In this document: positions 10,824 to 24,540 of the stretch, piece after piece | Numbering within the stretch: position 1 is the first letter of the stretch | Layout: each line of letters starts with the position of its first letter | Assembly (NCBI RefSeq): GCF_009834535.1 | Contig: NC_045696.1 | Coordinates: 96,970,001 to 97,034,000 of the forward strand | Direction of reading: 5' to 3' | DNA from: Camelus ferus | Lineage: Eukaryota | DNA length: 64,000 nt | Notes under the pieces: model-generated | What the model saw: only the letters and a program-made list of their open reading frames with translations | What the model was told of the DNA's origin: nothing | Database searches by the model: none | Program-made: the position numbers and the translations under genes

Positions 10824-13489
10824 TCTCACTCTGTATTGGGACCGGCAAAACATTTTTACACCTTAAGGAACACATTCCAATGAACTAGTTTCTTATAGAG
10901 CTCAGAATTCTGGAAGTTCACCTTCCTTGATGTCGCTGGATTCTTCAATTTTTAAGCAAAGATGAAAGGATCAGTGTTTTATGTTTGTTTCTTTTATATT
11001 TGATATCCTCCCATCTTTTTTCAGGTGTCATTGATACCTGATTGAATACATAAATCTAAAATAAGTTCAGGATTTCCCCTAAAATGTACGCAATGTACTG
11101 TCGAGTATTGCTTAGAACAGCAATACTCTGAAGTACATATGAAAAATAATTTGATGATGAAAAATAATGTAATGAAAATGTATGATGACCAGGATTTCTT
11201 TCCTCTCTGTTTTTGTGATTCCTAGACTAGTGTTTTTCACTAAAACCATTCCTTGTCAAAAGCCACCTCTAAAAGCTATGGTTATGAATGAAGCCAACTC
11301 TAACAAAATAGGGTCAAAACACTTGGGATATCAGGTTAAATGAAAAAAAAAAAAAGAATTTGAAATGTTACTTTTTAAAAAAAAGTCTAAAAAGAAAGAC
11401 AGCAAAAGAATAGCCTAGAATAATTTGTTATGTTTGGGTTCTTTCTGTAATTTGGGAAATTACTTTTCTAACAACAATAACAAAAAGGCCAACCATAATC
11501 CTTATTTTTCTAGTGGGTCTGATTTATCCTGGATCACTTTGTACTTGCAGATGTAGAGCTCAAACTTCTAAAAATTATATATTTTAGACTCTGAATAGCC
11601 CATCAGAAACTGTAATGATGCCTGATAAAATCTCAGCCCTAAAAAGAAAAAAAATACTAGAACGGTATAGTACATGCCGGGATAAACATTTTGAAGACAA
11701 GTGAATAATGAATCATGAGGCTACTGACTCAGTGACGAGCACACCTGAGTTTTGATAAGCATGACCCAGTCGCACGTGGTGAAACCCTCAATCCACAGAG
11801 AGTGTCTCATCTTTGCTGGACTTACCGGAAAGAACACTTAGGCCCTGTAAAGCAATGTGCAATAATTCAGGGGAAAGCTGCAGAGCCCGTCAGACCTGCT
11901 TGCATTCCTTTCCCCTCAGTGATTCCTTAGTTCAAGAGGGTTCATCCTTTGGGAACGTTTTAACACCCTTTTGGAAACAATGCCAAAATCCAAGGCTTTG
12001 ACAGCTTGATAAAACCTTATTTTATCCTGAGACAGAGAAAAACCTGACTCTGGGCAGGGCTAAATTATCAAAGGGAGAACCACGCAGCAGCAGTAAGTTA
12101 ACTGGCAGATCTTGGGGAGATGAGAGTGCCTTTGAACTTGCTGGGAAGTTTAACAGCAAGAGTGCAGATTCCTGGGAGAGAATCTGTTACTGAAAGATGA
12201 AGAACTGGTAAGTAGCTTTCCAGCTGGACAAAAATACAGGAGACAGAATCCCTCGGCTCCAGAATCCATGTTCAATTCTCACACTAGCAGAAAGGTGTAA
12301 ATGCAGAGAAATTTATGGGGTGGTGTTGAAAATAGATGGCAAAACGGTTGGGCAGGTTCATTTTCCTTCAGTATTGTGGGCTAGAATTTAAAATGTCAGT
12401 TTGAACAGGGAATTAAGTGGACTTGGTGGAATGATGAGTCAGGAGCCGTCAGGGAATCTGGTGATTTACCCATGCCAAGGCTAGTTCTCCTCCTGGGGAC
12501 ACTCTTTGAAGTGGGATGTTGGGAGCACAGGGGGTGAAAGGGGGAATGGGAATTAGGGTGAGAACTGGCTCTGCTGTTGTATCATTTCCCCCAAACATTT
12601 ATGGCTTTCCTCTTCCTCATTCATTCAGCAAATCCTTCATGACCTCTCTGTGCCTGGCATTTTATGGGGCATTTGGGATTTGGAGATGAATACAAAATTC
12701 TTGCTCTTAAGGAGCCTTGAGGTAATTTCAAGTACTGACCAACTTCTCATTCTCATTCTCATTCTCACTGGAAAGAGCAGCTCTGAAGGAGAAACTCACT
12801 GCCCCATGTTTCCATGACCTTATGTCTCTAATATCAAGTCTTCTCATTTCACAGGATTGTACTGTTTTTAAACAAAGGCAATTCATGAAATGTATAAAAG
12901 TATGTTTCATTTTTATGTTTTCATAAGGCTTTTTCATCTAAATAAATTAATTCATTAGAAAAGAAAATCCCGAGTCAAATGGTGGTTTTTTTTAACGATA
13001 CGGTCTCTATGCTGATTTCATGAGCCTCCTTTGCTGTGTGCTGGAATCCATGGGTAGTATTAAAGATTTGACCTGCTGAGGGCAATGGATTAGTTTTTAC
13101 TGGTTAGAGATCTAGCCAGTCTGAAAACAACCACCACAGGGTTTTTGTTTGTTTGTTTGTTTTGGTCTATAAAAATATTAACTGACAGCCATATAACCAA
13201 AAATTTTTTTGAAAAATAATCTCTTTTTTGTCCTACCCAATCTTCTCTAAAGGGAGAAGGGAAACTTCTGTAACTTTCCAAGAAGTGAAAACCAACTAGC
13301 TAACATTTTAAAAAAAAAGTCATATTACACTCATCATGAGTAATACAGTAAGTTTTTAGAAAAGCCATTTCTGATCAGTCAGAATATGAAACAGGATTCA
13401 AATACCTACTTTCTTGATAGGCTTAAACCACTTCGACTAACAATCTCAATATTTCTCGTATGGAACGTTTCTCAAGGATGCCATGGGGT

Positions 13490-14035
13490 GGGGACAAAGA
13501 GCCCCTAGTGATCCCTGCCTCCGGATACTTATGCCCTGTGTAGTTACCGCCCCACTCCCCAACACACTCACGCACTGTGTCAGGATTGGTCTGTGTGGCA
13601 AAAGCATCTGGCAGAAGTGATGATATGTCCTTTCCTGGGCTAGATCTTTAAAAGACATTGTGGCTCGAGCCACTCAGTCTCTTTCTCTCTCTCTCTCTAA
13701 CCATTCCCTCTGAGGGGCACCAGCTGTTGTGTTGTGAAGGCACGTAGGCAGCCCTGTGACTCATCATGTGGCAAGGTACTGAGGCCTCCTGCCTACAGTC
13801 ATGTGATTGGGCCAGCTTGCAAGCAGATCCTCCAGCCCTGCATAAACCACCTGATGGCTGCAGGCCCTGCCGACAGCTTGATTGCAACCTCATGACAGAC
13901 CCTGAGCCAGAACCACTCAGCTAAGTCACACCCAGATTCCTAACCCATAGAAACTGTGTGGAATTATAAATGTTTGTTGGGTTAAGCTGCTAAGTTGTGG
14001 GGTAACTTGTTATGCAGCAATAGATGACTAATACA
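13490..14035 (+). mobile_element. MaLR solo LTR, MLT1F-like
   Basis: 'gccgacagcttgattgcaacctcatgacagaccctgagccagaaccactcagctaag'; MLT1-type end 'ttgttatgcagcaatagatgactaataca'. Confidence 0.85.
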
Positions 14036-14789
14036 AGGGCCCTTTCAAACCTGAGATGCATTGATTCTCTGATTCTCATATCACACTGGTAATATCTGCC
14101 ATGTGAAATATTCTTACTGGGCATCTTGGGAAGTTTTAAATCTCCTTAGCTTCCTGCACATTGCATGCATTAATACACATATCCTTGTATATGCATATAC
14201 ACACAAAGTTAATGCATTTTTTCCTAAACTCTTTGAAGTTTGTTTTCTATTATAAAGATAATACACGCTTATTAAAGAAAATGTGGAAGGGAAGTTCAAA
14301 GAAATTACCCACAGTATTAACACTCAAAGAAAACTATTGTTAACATTTGAGTGTACTTTCCTCTGTTTTTCTTTCAGAGTGTTTAAAAAAGTAGTTGTGA
14401 CCACGTGTTATATGCCATGTTTTCAGGAAGCCAAATTCATTTTCCTTAGTCAAATCCAATAATGTGCCTTGTTCATTCTTGTTATTCAGCTCCCTGCTCA
14501 GAGTGACAAGTTCTCAGGGAAATCAGATATGTGACTGTGACCTGAGTGTGCAGAAGACTTATGAAAGTGTTGTGTGGTTGGAGCTGGGCCCTGGGGTGCC
14601 AGACACATGGAAGATGATTTATATCAACTAGCAGTCACCTCTGTGCATATTCTTTTTATTTTCAGTACTAACGTGTATGTAGAGGGCCACTCCCAGCCCC
14701 CAACAATTCATATTTATATTCACCAACTTTCAAAGGGAATCTCCACCCCTTTATTCTCTCTTCCTCTTCTAAGAGGAATGCTGAGAGAT

Positions 14790-15100
14790 ACAGATTTACC
14801 AGGAGGCTCATGAAGCTTGAGCAGCAGAGCCCTTTACAAGGCCCTGAGAAGGATGCTGGCAATCTCGTGGTCATATGTTTTTACAAAACTTGCAAAAGTA
14901 AGAAACTTTAATCACAATTGGTTAAGACTGTGATCTCTGTCCCCTCTGCCCCTGCCCTGAAATATACATACATACTTTCCTTCCATACAGGGTAGTATTG
15001 ACTGATGGTGAACATTTTATTTTTCATAAATTTTATATTCTTTTTCTTGCTGGCCTGAAAAATTGTACAAATTTCAGAACCTAAAATGTTGGCTATACCT
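14790..15100 (+). mobile_element. Ancient hAT (Tip100-like) non-autonomous DNA transposon
   Basis: 'agatttaccaggaggctcatgaagcttgag...aaggccctg...tggtcatatgtttttacaaaacttgcaaaagtaaga' resembles MamRep-type hAT ends; a related end lies at 29161-29330. Confidence 0.55.
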
Positions 15101-15689
15101 CTTGGTTTCCAAATCGCAAAATATGTACATTTAAACAGTTTTTAAAAGTTGCTTTGTACTTAACTTATATTGTACATCAACTGTACTTTAATTAAAAAAT
15201 TGCTTTGTATTGTGAACGTAATTTATTTTTTATTCATTAGTCTTATCTGTTGAGTCACTGGGAAACTCAGGACTGTGAAAGTTACGGAGTTAGAGGGTGT
15301 CCAGTGAGCTCAACCTGTTACAAATGGTTGTATGTTGTTCCCGGTCGTTTCATCAGAATCCCTAGGTTCCCAAGAGGCCCTCCTCCTCTCTCTGCTCAGG
15401 AATAGTGTTCCTTCACTTATGGACCCTTTTTGAAGAAAACGTCTGCTTTTCCAGTTGTCCACTTGACCTCTCAATTAAAAAAGAGCCAAATAAATTTCGT
15501 TTACTCGACGGAACACCTTTGAACAAAAAAGGAACGCAAAACACGTAGTACCAATCAGGTGGGTGATTGGCTCTGTAAAGGACTGCTCTGCTCTCTGAAT
15601 ATTTGTTCATTTCACCTGTTGATCAGAGGAATTTTTTCTTCCCTTAAGAAACTTTTTGAAATTTAAAAAGCAAATCAAAGCCTCCTGTG

Positions 15690-16100
15690 GGTGTGTAGCA
15701 GAGTGACAAGTCCAGCTACTACAACTTTGGAGCCGCTGTGGCACTCACGCTGAGCCCCATCCCTCCGGGCTGCTCGCAGCCAATGACTAAACGCTGCCAA
15801 GGTACCAGGGTGTGCGTGCGGGGCCCTCCCGCCTGACACAGGATTCCTGGAACAGGTAGCTTTTGTTGGGACACTCCCCATCAGTTTGGCAGGTCTTTCT
15901 CAGAACTTTCTGGATTCTGAGGTTCTTTCTCTCCAATTTTTTCTTCCCGCCTTCCCTTCCGAGGTGCAGACCTGGTTCCACTCTGACTGGTCTCCTATCT
16001 GTTTCTCCTCCCTCTCCCCTTCGCAGGCTTTCCTGCAATAAATCTTTGGAATATCAAAGCCCATCTTAGCATCTGCCTCTCTGAGCATCTGAATTGGCAT
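15690..16100 (+). mobile_element. ERVL solo LTR, LTR16-like
   Basis: 'gcagccaatgact' CCAAT motif, 'caataaatc' polyA signal, and end 'cccatcttagcatctgcctctctgag'. Confidence 0.65.
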
Positions 16101-16639
16101 CCAGGTCCATTGTTAGAAATGAACTAATCCAGAAGGGCTTATATTAAGAGCCACAGTTCCCTGCCCCCATCCCTTGATCAAGCCCTTCCTCCCATTTCCT
16201 CACATGGGAACAACTTTGAACAGTTTCTCTTTTTAACTCTTTTGGCAGTTATCTCCATATCTCTAAAATAATGTGTTTATGCCATATTGTTTATTTAGTT
16301 TTATTATTTATTTGTTTTATGTATATAGGCAAATGTATGTAATATATTTATTTATTATTGTTTATTTTTTCCTTTCAAAGTCCTTTTAATTCCTAATACT
16401 GAATATCTAAACAAAAAGACACAAAACCCCAAAGTAACGCCCAAAAAATATAGAAAAAAGGGAAATTTTTCTCCTGTGTAAAATGAACAGAAAAATATTT
16501 TAAAAAATCAACTAAATGGAAATTATTTTTAATTGTTACATATATATTGTTATTTGGGTTTACATTTTGCTCAGCATATTTTACTGTCAGTTCTTAAAAT
16601 AGTTTAAAACTTTTGCTTTCTCATGTAGTAGTATGCTTA

Positions 16640-17400
16640 CATTTAAAGTGAACAATTTGAAAAGTCACCACAATAAGATAGTGAACATATCCATCACCCC
16701 TGAAAGTTTCCTTATGACCCTTTAAAATCACCCCTTTCCTTCTCTCTGCAGTCCCTGATCTGCTTCTGTCACTACAGATGTTTCCTTTCTCTATAATTTT
16801 AGATAAATGGAATCATACAGTATAGACAAGTTTTTTTCTGGCTTCTTTCACTCAGCATAATTAATTTGAGATTCACCCATGTAGTTGTGTGTATCTGCGG
16901 CTCATTCTATTTTATTGCTAAGTTGTATATTCCATTGTATGAATGTAGCATAATTTGTTTAACCATTCATCTTTTGATGGAAATTAGGGACTGTTACAGA
17001 TAAAAGTGCTATGAACATTTGTGCACACTGCTTGTATGAACACATATTTTCTTCCCTCTTCTATCTTTCAGTGATCATTGTCCTTTATTGCCTAATGTCT
17101 ATTGTCTTGAGTGCCATCATTTCATATATTTTGTTTGATGTTTCAGTTTTTTCAGCAGGATAGTAAATCTGACACCTTTTACTCCATTTGACTGGAAACA
17201 GTACTGTATATTTCTTTAACATATTATAATATTCCTTTAAGTGATGCTACACCACTTTATGTGTAGTGTAAGAGCCTACAGGATAACTCCATTTGCTCCT
17301 TCCTGGCCTTCATGCTATGGTTGTCATACATTTTGCTTCTATCTGTTATAAAACTTTCTGTACATTACTATTATTTTTCTATTTCTTCATTTAACAATCT
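16640..17400 (-). mobile_element. Old L1M 3' fragments
   Basis: Antisense L1 hallmarks: 'aaatggaatcatacagtata...ctggcttctttcactcagcataa...gagattcacccatgt', 'gctatgaacatttgtg'. Confidence 0.85.
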
Positions 17401-18099
17401 GTTGATTTCTCTGATGATGGCTATGGATTTAGCTCACTAATTTTACATCTTCCAAACCTGGCCTTCCTTTCTTCCACTTCAATAAGATTATGCCACTGTT
17501 TTTAGATTCTATTAGTTGCTTTTGTAAAGCTATGTAAAATACAGTTTTATATATTCACATCCTCATTTTTAATTCCACCAACCATTGACAGTATCTCTTG
17601 ACTCTTTGTGAGATGGACATATGAATGTCCTTACCCTTTCCTACATCTCTGTACTCCTTCTTATCACAATCAAATGCTTAATTTTAACTTATGATTTTAA
17701 GAAAGAAAACATGGATCTTGTTCTGCAGCCAGATCCAAGCCTTTCTTTTGCCTGCCTATGGGTTGATTCCAGGAGCTAAAACTGATCAACAGTGTTTACA
17801 ACATCATGACTACGTAAAGACTGCTCACAGCTCAGCCACGTAATGTACTATGATTACGTATCATTTTTACATAGCCTTGTGTGTTTCTTGGAATTCTAAT
17901 TGTCTCCTCCTCCCTTCCCCATTTCCTGCATTGCTGAGTTTTTCACAACTTGATGTTCAACTTCTTAAACATAGTATTAAATCCGCAAATTCTTTCTGCT
18001 CATATACATTCTCTTCCCAGACACCTACCTGTTGAAGATCTCCTTCCACCAGCTCCAAACTGGACCCTGTGCTCTAGATTTGGTGAAAAGCTGTCACCC

Positions 18100-18870
18100 T
18101 AGGTGACATTTTCCTCTTGATTGGCTTAATTATTTCTTGAACTTCTCATTTTTTGGTTTACCCTCTTACTTTTCTGGAACACATCCTTAAAACACTTCCA
18201 TAGAAAGGAGATGTGGGAGGTAAACTTACTAAGTCTCCCATGACTTAGAGTATCTTTATTCTACTCTCAAATTTTCTCTCAGAACTTTGAAGGCAGTGTT
18301 CCACTGTCTTACAGCATCCAGTACTGCTAAAGAGAAGTTTGATGCCAATTCGATTTTTTAAAAAGACCGTTTCTTCTTTTCTCTCTGAGAAGTGTTTGGA
18401 TTAAAAAAAAAAATCTTTTATATTGTGAAATTTTACCATTCTGTGACTGAGTGTGGGTCCTTTTTCATTCACTGTGTCTGGCATTGCAGTATTTTTTCTT
18501 CCTTCTGTCTTCAGTCTAGAGGCTCATGGTTTTCAGCTGAGAAATTATGTTTTTATTATTTCTTTGTTTATATTCTCCTTTCATTTTGTCCATTCTCTCT
18601 GGAGCTTGTTTGTATTCCTTGGGCATTAGCTTCTTGGATTATATTTTACAATTTGGTCTTTCACATTTTCAGTCTCCCTGTATTTTCTACTTTCTTGGGG
18701 ATTTCTTTGATTTTATCTTTCAATCTGTTCATTAAAATTTCTGTGTAAATATTTTTAATTTCTAAGAACTTATTTTTTATTCTTGGGTCATTCCTTTTTT
18801 ATAGCATCCAGTTCTTAAATTATAACATTAATTTAAAAAAATTCTCTCAAAGGATACTACTTATAGTTAA
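18100..18870 (-). mobile_element. Very old L1M/HAL1-like fragment
   Basis: T-rich text with 'ttctctcagaactttgaaggcagtgttccactgtcttacagcatccagtactgctaaagagaagtttgatgcca', typical of antisense L1 ORF1/HAL1. Confidence 0.6.
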
Positions 18871-21049
18871 AATATAATTTTCCAGTAAATACTCTTAAAA
18901 TGCGCAATTTTGTTTACATCTTGCATGGAAAATGATCCTGGACATGTCCACAGTCATACATTTCTCAAGTGGTGGCATTTGTAATACCTACCAAGAAACA
19001 TGAACTGAGTGTTCAAAATATGGAATCTACATGTTCAGGGTAAGTATTTCCTCACTGAACTAGACTGATTGCTGCATTGAATTAGCCTTAGTGAAAGTTA
19101 TTTTTCTCCTTTCAAAAATTTGGGGGTCCTTTCCTTCTTACTATATATTTATTTTCTGCCTGTCAGTTGATGATCTGAGTTCAAGTGGCCAATATCGGAG
19201 TAAAGTTTGACTGGAGCCAAATGGGGAGAATTAGTAGCCAGGAAAGAAACTCTCTCAAGAGTTTGGAAACTGAGTGATGTGACCCCTCAGAGAGCTCCTG
19301 AAACGTGGGTGCAGTGGAAGGGGAGGGGAGAAAGGTCACTAACTTGGTAGTTAGCCTTCTCAACATCTACCTTTCTTCTAAATGGACTAGTTGGGAGATC
19401 TGACTGCATGGTTATTCTGTTTTAAAAGTACATGCGAATTGACATGCTATGCACCAAAATGTTGGCTATGCTTATTTCTGGATTTAAGGATGTGAGGCAT
19501 TATATTTCCTTTTTTTTTTTTTTAAAAAAATACATATCTGTATTTCTAAATTTTCTACAATAAGCACACTTAACTTCTGGAATAAGAAAATAATTTATTT
19601 TTAAAGTATATGCAAGGCTTTCTTCTGAATCTTCATTTACCTATTGAAAGTAGCAGGGGAAAAAAAAAAAAGCAAAATAAAGTTAAAATAAAACAAACAA
19701 TTTTAACCTCAGGGCTGATGCCTATACCTAAGATGAAAAAAACTGAATCCTGAAATTTGGCTTGGTCCAACGTCCTTAGATCAAGTATGTGGTGAAGAAG
19801 AGAGGGGGAAGTGAGTGGGGTGAGAATGTAGGGAGGATGCAGGGAAGGAGGTATGAGCAGAGAGAAGAGGCCTCAGGTGTACTGTTTCGCCTTTCTCAAA
19901 GCTCACAAATAATGGAAACATGGCTTTGGAAAAAACAGTCTGGATTTGCAAATGAAATATAATTGAAATTAGACATCTGAACTTTGAGGATCACTGTGGT
20001 GCATACTAACAAGCTTGGTTTCTTGACCTGGTATGATAATTCAGAAATAAGTACACAAGTGGTTGGATGGTATGTGCATCACTAACTGTCCATTTAAACA
20101 GGCAATATTCAGGTCACCCTTGCCACCCAGGCAGCTTCTGCTTTAAAGAGGGCTTTTGAGAGGAGGCTGACTTCTCCCTACTGAACATCTCTTCATCTGT
20201 AAAATCAACAAATGCAATGGGACCTGTACTGAAATTTGTACTCAGAGGCCAGACTTTTAACATGCTGTCAGGATTGAATGGAATGTATAAACCACATCAT
20301 CACAGAATTGCATTCATGAATGATCTGGCAGATGGACTAAAAGCAAAATCTTAATGTATTCTCAAGAGAATGAGAGCAAAACATTGGGAACTGGCTTTTG
20401 GTGTTTTCCCCTTTGTTAAAAGAGATAATATGATATTCTCTTTTATGGGGATACTTACAACTCAAGGATTTGCACTCCCGGACAGTATTAGGAAATACTT
20501 ATGTTTATAAATCCTGTACCTTGAGTGGCTTGTTGGGCTACATCTCAGTCTGAGTCACACAACCATCAGCTGACCTCAGAGACTTCTTTTAAAATTCTAA
20601 CTCTGGAATATCTAAGAAGACTCTTAAACTAATCTCTGTTTAAGAAAGGTCAAATTCCAGAATAGCAGGATTCAAACTACAGTCTTTTATTGTACTTTTG
20701 ATTTAGTGATTATGGCTAAAAATGAATGAACAGTTTCACCCAATAATAAATCAAAGGGCGAATTCTAACTGTGGGTCCCTCTCGATGTATGACATACCCC
20801 TCAAATTGAGTCATCTTCAAGCTTATGAGGAGTGCGATGACTTGCTAACTCTTGTCCTATCTTCTTTTGTATTTTCTACATCAGGGACTGGTACTTCATT
20901 CACTTTGCTGTATTCTGAGAGCAAGAACTGAAATCACCCTTATCTCTCTTCAACTACTCCCCTATAACAACTATACCCAAATAGCAGAATTTTTACTGAC
21001 TTATTTTTAAGCGTGGGTCACCTTGGTATAACAAAATTTTAAGATGTAT

Positions 21050-21725
21050 AATATTGTCAGCTAATGTTTTTGAGGGCTCGTGGAGTGCCAGGGACTATTA
21101 TAAAAATTTTACATGTATTAGCTAATTTAATCTTTACAACAATCTGATCAGGTCATACAGTTATGGATTGTATTATACCCCCTTCAAATAAGATGTATTG
21201 AAATCTTAACCGCCCCCAATACCATAAATGTGACCTTATTTGGAGATAGCATCTTTACAGAGATTATCAAGTTAAAATGAGGTCATTAGGGTGGGCCCTA
21301 ATCCAATGTGACTGGTGTCCTTATAAAAAGGGGACATTTGGACAGAGACAGACATACCCACGGAGAAGACAATGTGAAAAGACCCAGGTAGAAGACAGCC
21401 ATCTACAAGCCAAAGAGAGATGCTTGGAACAGAGCCTTCCCTCGCAGGCTTCAGAGGAAACCAATTCTGCTGACACCTTGATTTTGGACTTTTCTAGCCT
21501 CTAGAATGGTTAGACAATAAACTTCTGTTTTTTAAGCCATGCAGTTTGTGGCACTTTGTTAGGGCAGCTCTAGCAAGTGAATACACCAGCACTATTATTA
21601 TTGCTTTCATTTTATGGTTAAGGAAACTGAGGCGCAAGAGAGGTTAGGTAACTTGTCCAAATTTGTACAGCTGGTAAGTGGAATAGGAGCCCAGGCAGTC
21701 CGGCTCCAAAGTCTGCTCTTCTAAA
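21050..21725 (-). mobile_element. MIR split by an MLT1B LTR
   Basis: Left part 'tttacatgtattagctaatttaatctttacaacaatc'; right part 'aggaaactgaggcgcaagagaggttaggtaacttgtccaa...cccaggcagtccggctccaaagtc'. Confidence 0.75.
21159..21585 (+). mobile_element. MaLR solo LTR, MLT1B-like
   Basis: 'atgtgaccttatttggagatag...aagttaaaatgaggtcattagggtgggccctaatccaatgtgactggtgtccttataaaaagggg'; end 'gcagctctagcaagtgaataca'. Confidence 0.92.
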
Positions 21726-22789
21726 TAACTAAGATATTCAAGCTTTCTGAATCCAGTCGTTGCAGACAGTGCTCTTGTCACATTGCTCCTTGACAACCTC
21801 TTTGCACACAATGCAGGGCACCATTGCGATGAACCATTGATTAAGGTGCACACAAAGTGAAACAAAACAATGGCAAAATAGCATAACAACAACCACAAAA
21901 CATATATTAAGCCCTTTTATGGAGCTCTTATTATGAGTCAGGTGTCAGGTTCTAGGAACCTATTACATGGAGAGGAAAACATCCTAGTCTCTTTGGGAGT
22001 TCACACCTTGGAAGGGAAATATGTTCCTTCAGCAGGGTGAGAGAGCCCCTTGGGAGTGCACAGGGGAGAGGTAAGTGAATTTTTGCCTGGAGAGAGTGGC
22101 AAAAACCTTTATGGAAAAGACTCCAAAAAGGAGATAACCTTTGAGTTGAACCTTGATAAATGGGAAGAATTTGGGCAGGTGACTAAATAGAAAAATGTTT
22201 AGAAACAGTTATGTGATGGTGAATGTAATTGGACATGTAGGCATTATCAGATCTAATTTTAAGAATATACGAATGAAAGAGAAACACTGGAGATCCAGGC
22301 AATGCTTGGCAAAATTACTTGTATCCAATGAGAAAATAGCTGCAGGTACTAAATATTTTCCTGCTTTTCTCATTTATACAAAGAAGGACATTGGCTTAAA
22401 GTCTAGTAAGTCTGCATAACCAACTAGGAGGAAAGTCTTGGCAACCTTATTAGGGATCTCAGGGGTGGTTGAATCTGTACCTCAGGAACCTGAGATCTGG
22501 TAGTCCCTGGGATAGACCAGGATCTTAGTCATAGTTGACCTTCACAGTATTGGACAACACCAATCAGCAGCAGCTTCCTTACACGATTCAGGATTTCTAT
22601 CTTCTCTTTTAAAAAGATCCAGGGATCTGGCAGTACTAGGCCTGCCTTCCTACAGGGACTGCCTTTGTGTATTGGGGGATGCTGTCCTGTGCCTTTGTAT
22701 ATTAGGTTAACATAGACCCGAGAATGTCTATGAGACATGCAAGAATCAACTTCGGAAAACTTTGTTTCTTAGTCCCATGTCAAAAATCT

Positions 22790-23105
22790 ATGTATCGGTG
22801 TAATTTAGGCAGCTCTTCCCCAAGTGGTGACCGAGGGATCCAGCTTCTTCTCTCCTATGACTCTGCCATATCCATTCTGTGGCTCCCAAGATTTCCCAGG
22901 CATCTTCTCCACATCAGTTTGGGGAAAAAAAGAGTGTATGATTGAACAGGAACATTTTCATGGGCCAGGCCCGGATGTAGCATTCATTCCTTCTGTCCAC
23001 AGTATACAGACCAGAGTTCAGTAACCTGGCCCCAACTAATTGCAAGGAAAGCTGAGAAATACAGTCTAGCAGGAAGAAAAGGAAATAGTTTGGTAACCAC
23101 ATAGT
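22790..23105 (-). mobile_element. Old MaLR LTR fragment (MLT1K-like)
   Basis: 'gggccaggcccggatgtagcattcattccttctgtccaca...cctggccccaactaattgcaaggaaagctgagaaatacagtctagc'. Confidence 0.65.
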
Positions 23106-23289
23106 GACCATAGGTGTGTTCTCCAGTTCACCATAGTTCCCACCTAGCTTTCTTCACTGATTTGTTATCTACCTAATGTCTGTAGGCATTGGAGTTTGCA
23201 GTCTCTGATTTAGGTATTGGGAGTTGTAGTGGAAACTACCGAAATTTGGAATTGGATAGGCCTATGTTTGAAAATTTGTTAGCCACAGT

Positions 23290-23740
23290 ATTGCTTAAGA
23301 TAATGGTGCTTGAAAAAGGCAGCAAAACACAGTAGCTTAAATGAGATAGAAGTTTATTCCTCTCTCACTTACAAGTCCAATTTGGTAGCTGATCCCAGGA
23401 TGCAGGGCAGCTTTAATCCATGATGCCATTAAGGATCCCAGGTTCCTTCCATCTTGTTGCTCTGCCATTTCCTGAGTTGTTACCCTGGTCCATGTGGTAG
23501 AAGATGGTTCACCAGTGGGAAGAAGGAAAAAGGAACTGAAGGGCATGTCTTGGAAATTAATCAATCCCTCCCATCCACATACATCGCACTAAACCAAAAT
23601 ATAGTCATTTGGCTCACAAGCTTCAAGAAAGCCTGGAAAGTGTGACCTTCTGCTGGCCAGCGATGTGCCCAGCTATAACTTGGGACATTAAGTTATTAAG
23701 AGAAGAATAGGGATGTCAGCTATCGGTAGGCCACAGTCAC
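23290..23740 (-). mobile_element. Old MaLR LTR (MLT1L/K-like)
   Basis: 'acagtagcttaaatgagatagaagtttattcctctctcac', 'ggatcccaggttccttccatcttgttgctctgccat'. Confidence 0.7.
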
Positions 23741-23837
23741 CTTCTATTTGTGTGGCTTTGGAAAAATACTTAATCTCTCTGTTCCCCTTTAATTTGTTTC
23801 TTAATCTGCAAGAAGGTGGTAATAGGACATTTCTGTA

Positions 23838-24160
23838 TGAGTTAGGAATGTGTTTGGCTACAATTAACAGAAAACCTACCCAACAGCCGATAAAACAAAT
23901 AGAACTTTAGTTTTCTTATGTAACAGAAGATCTGAAGGTAGTTTTTTGTTTTTGTTTGTTTGTTTGTTTGTTTTGAAGGTAGGTTTTTGTTTAGTAAGTT
24001 GATGTTTGGGAAATATTTCTGATTTTTTTTTTTTTTGCCTTTCTTTCGTGGTTCCAAGACAGTTGCTTAAAGGCAGGAAGAAGGGGAAAGAGGACAGCAC
24101 AACTTGCATCTTTCACCTTGATCAAGAAAAACAAAAATCTTCCCAAACTTCTATGCATTC
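23838..24160 (-). mobile_element. Old MaLR LTR fragment (MLT1J-like) containing (TTTG)n
   Basis: 'gttaggaatgtgtttggctacaattaacagaaaacc...ttttcttatgtaacagaagatctgaaggtag'. Confidence 0.55.
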
Positions 24161-24189
24161 AGTGAGTGATAAATACAAAAGATCCCCAA

Positions 24190-24540
24190 AAAGTTACTTA
24201 TCACTCTGAACTTCAGTTTCCTCATCTATTTATATGGGATGCTAATACTGCCTCATGGGAATGTTGTGAGACTCAATGAAATAATATTGTTAATATGTCT
24301 AGAACGCTGTCTGACATATGACAGGCGCTCAACCAAGGAAAGGAATTATTGTCTGAGGAAGTAGAAAGCGTTGGCTTTGACAGTTCTGTGTTTGAATCCT
24401 GACTCTGATTCATGTGACTTTAAGTTGTTTACCCTCTTTGAATCTGTTTCCTCTTCTTGAAAAATGGGGATAATAATACCTTCTTTACAGGGTTGTTGTG
24501 AAGATTAAGTGAAATTATAGATACTAAGCACTTGGCTTAG
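24190..24540 (+). mobile_element. Two adjacent MIR copies
   Basis: 'tctgaacttcagtttcctcatctat...gttgtgagactcaatga' and 'tgtttcctctcttgaaaaatggggataataataccttctttacagggttgttgtgaagattaagtga'. Confidence 0.85.
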
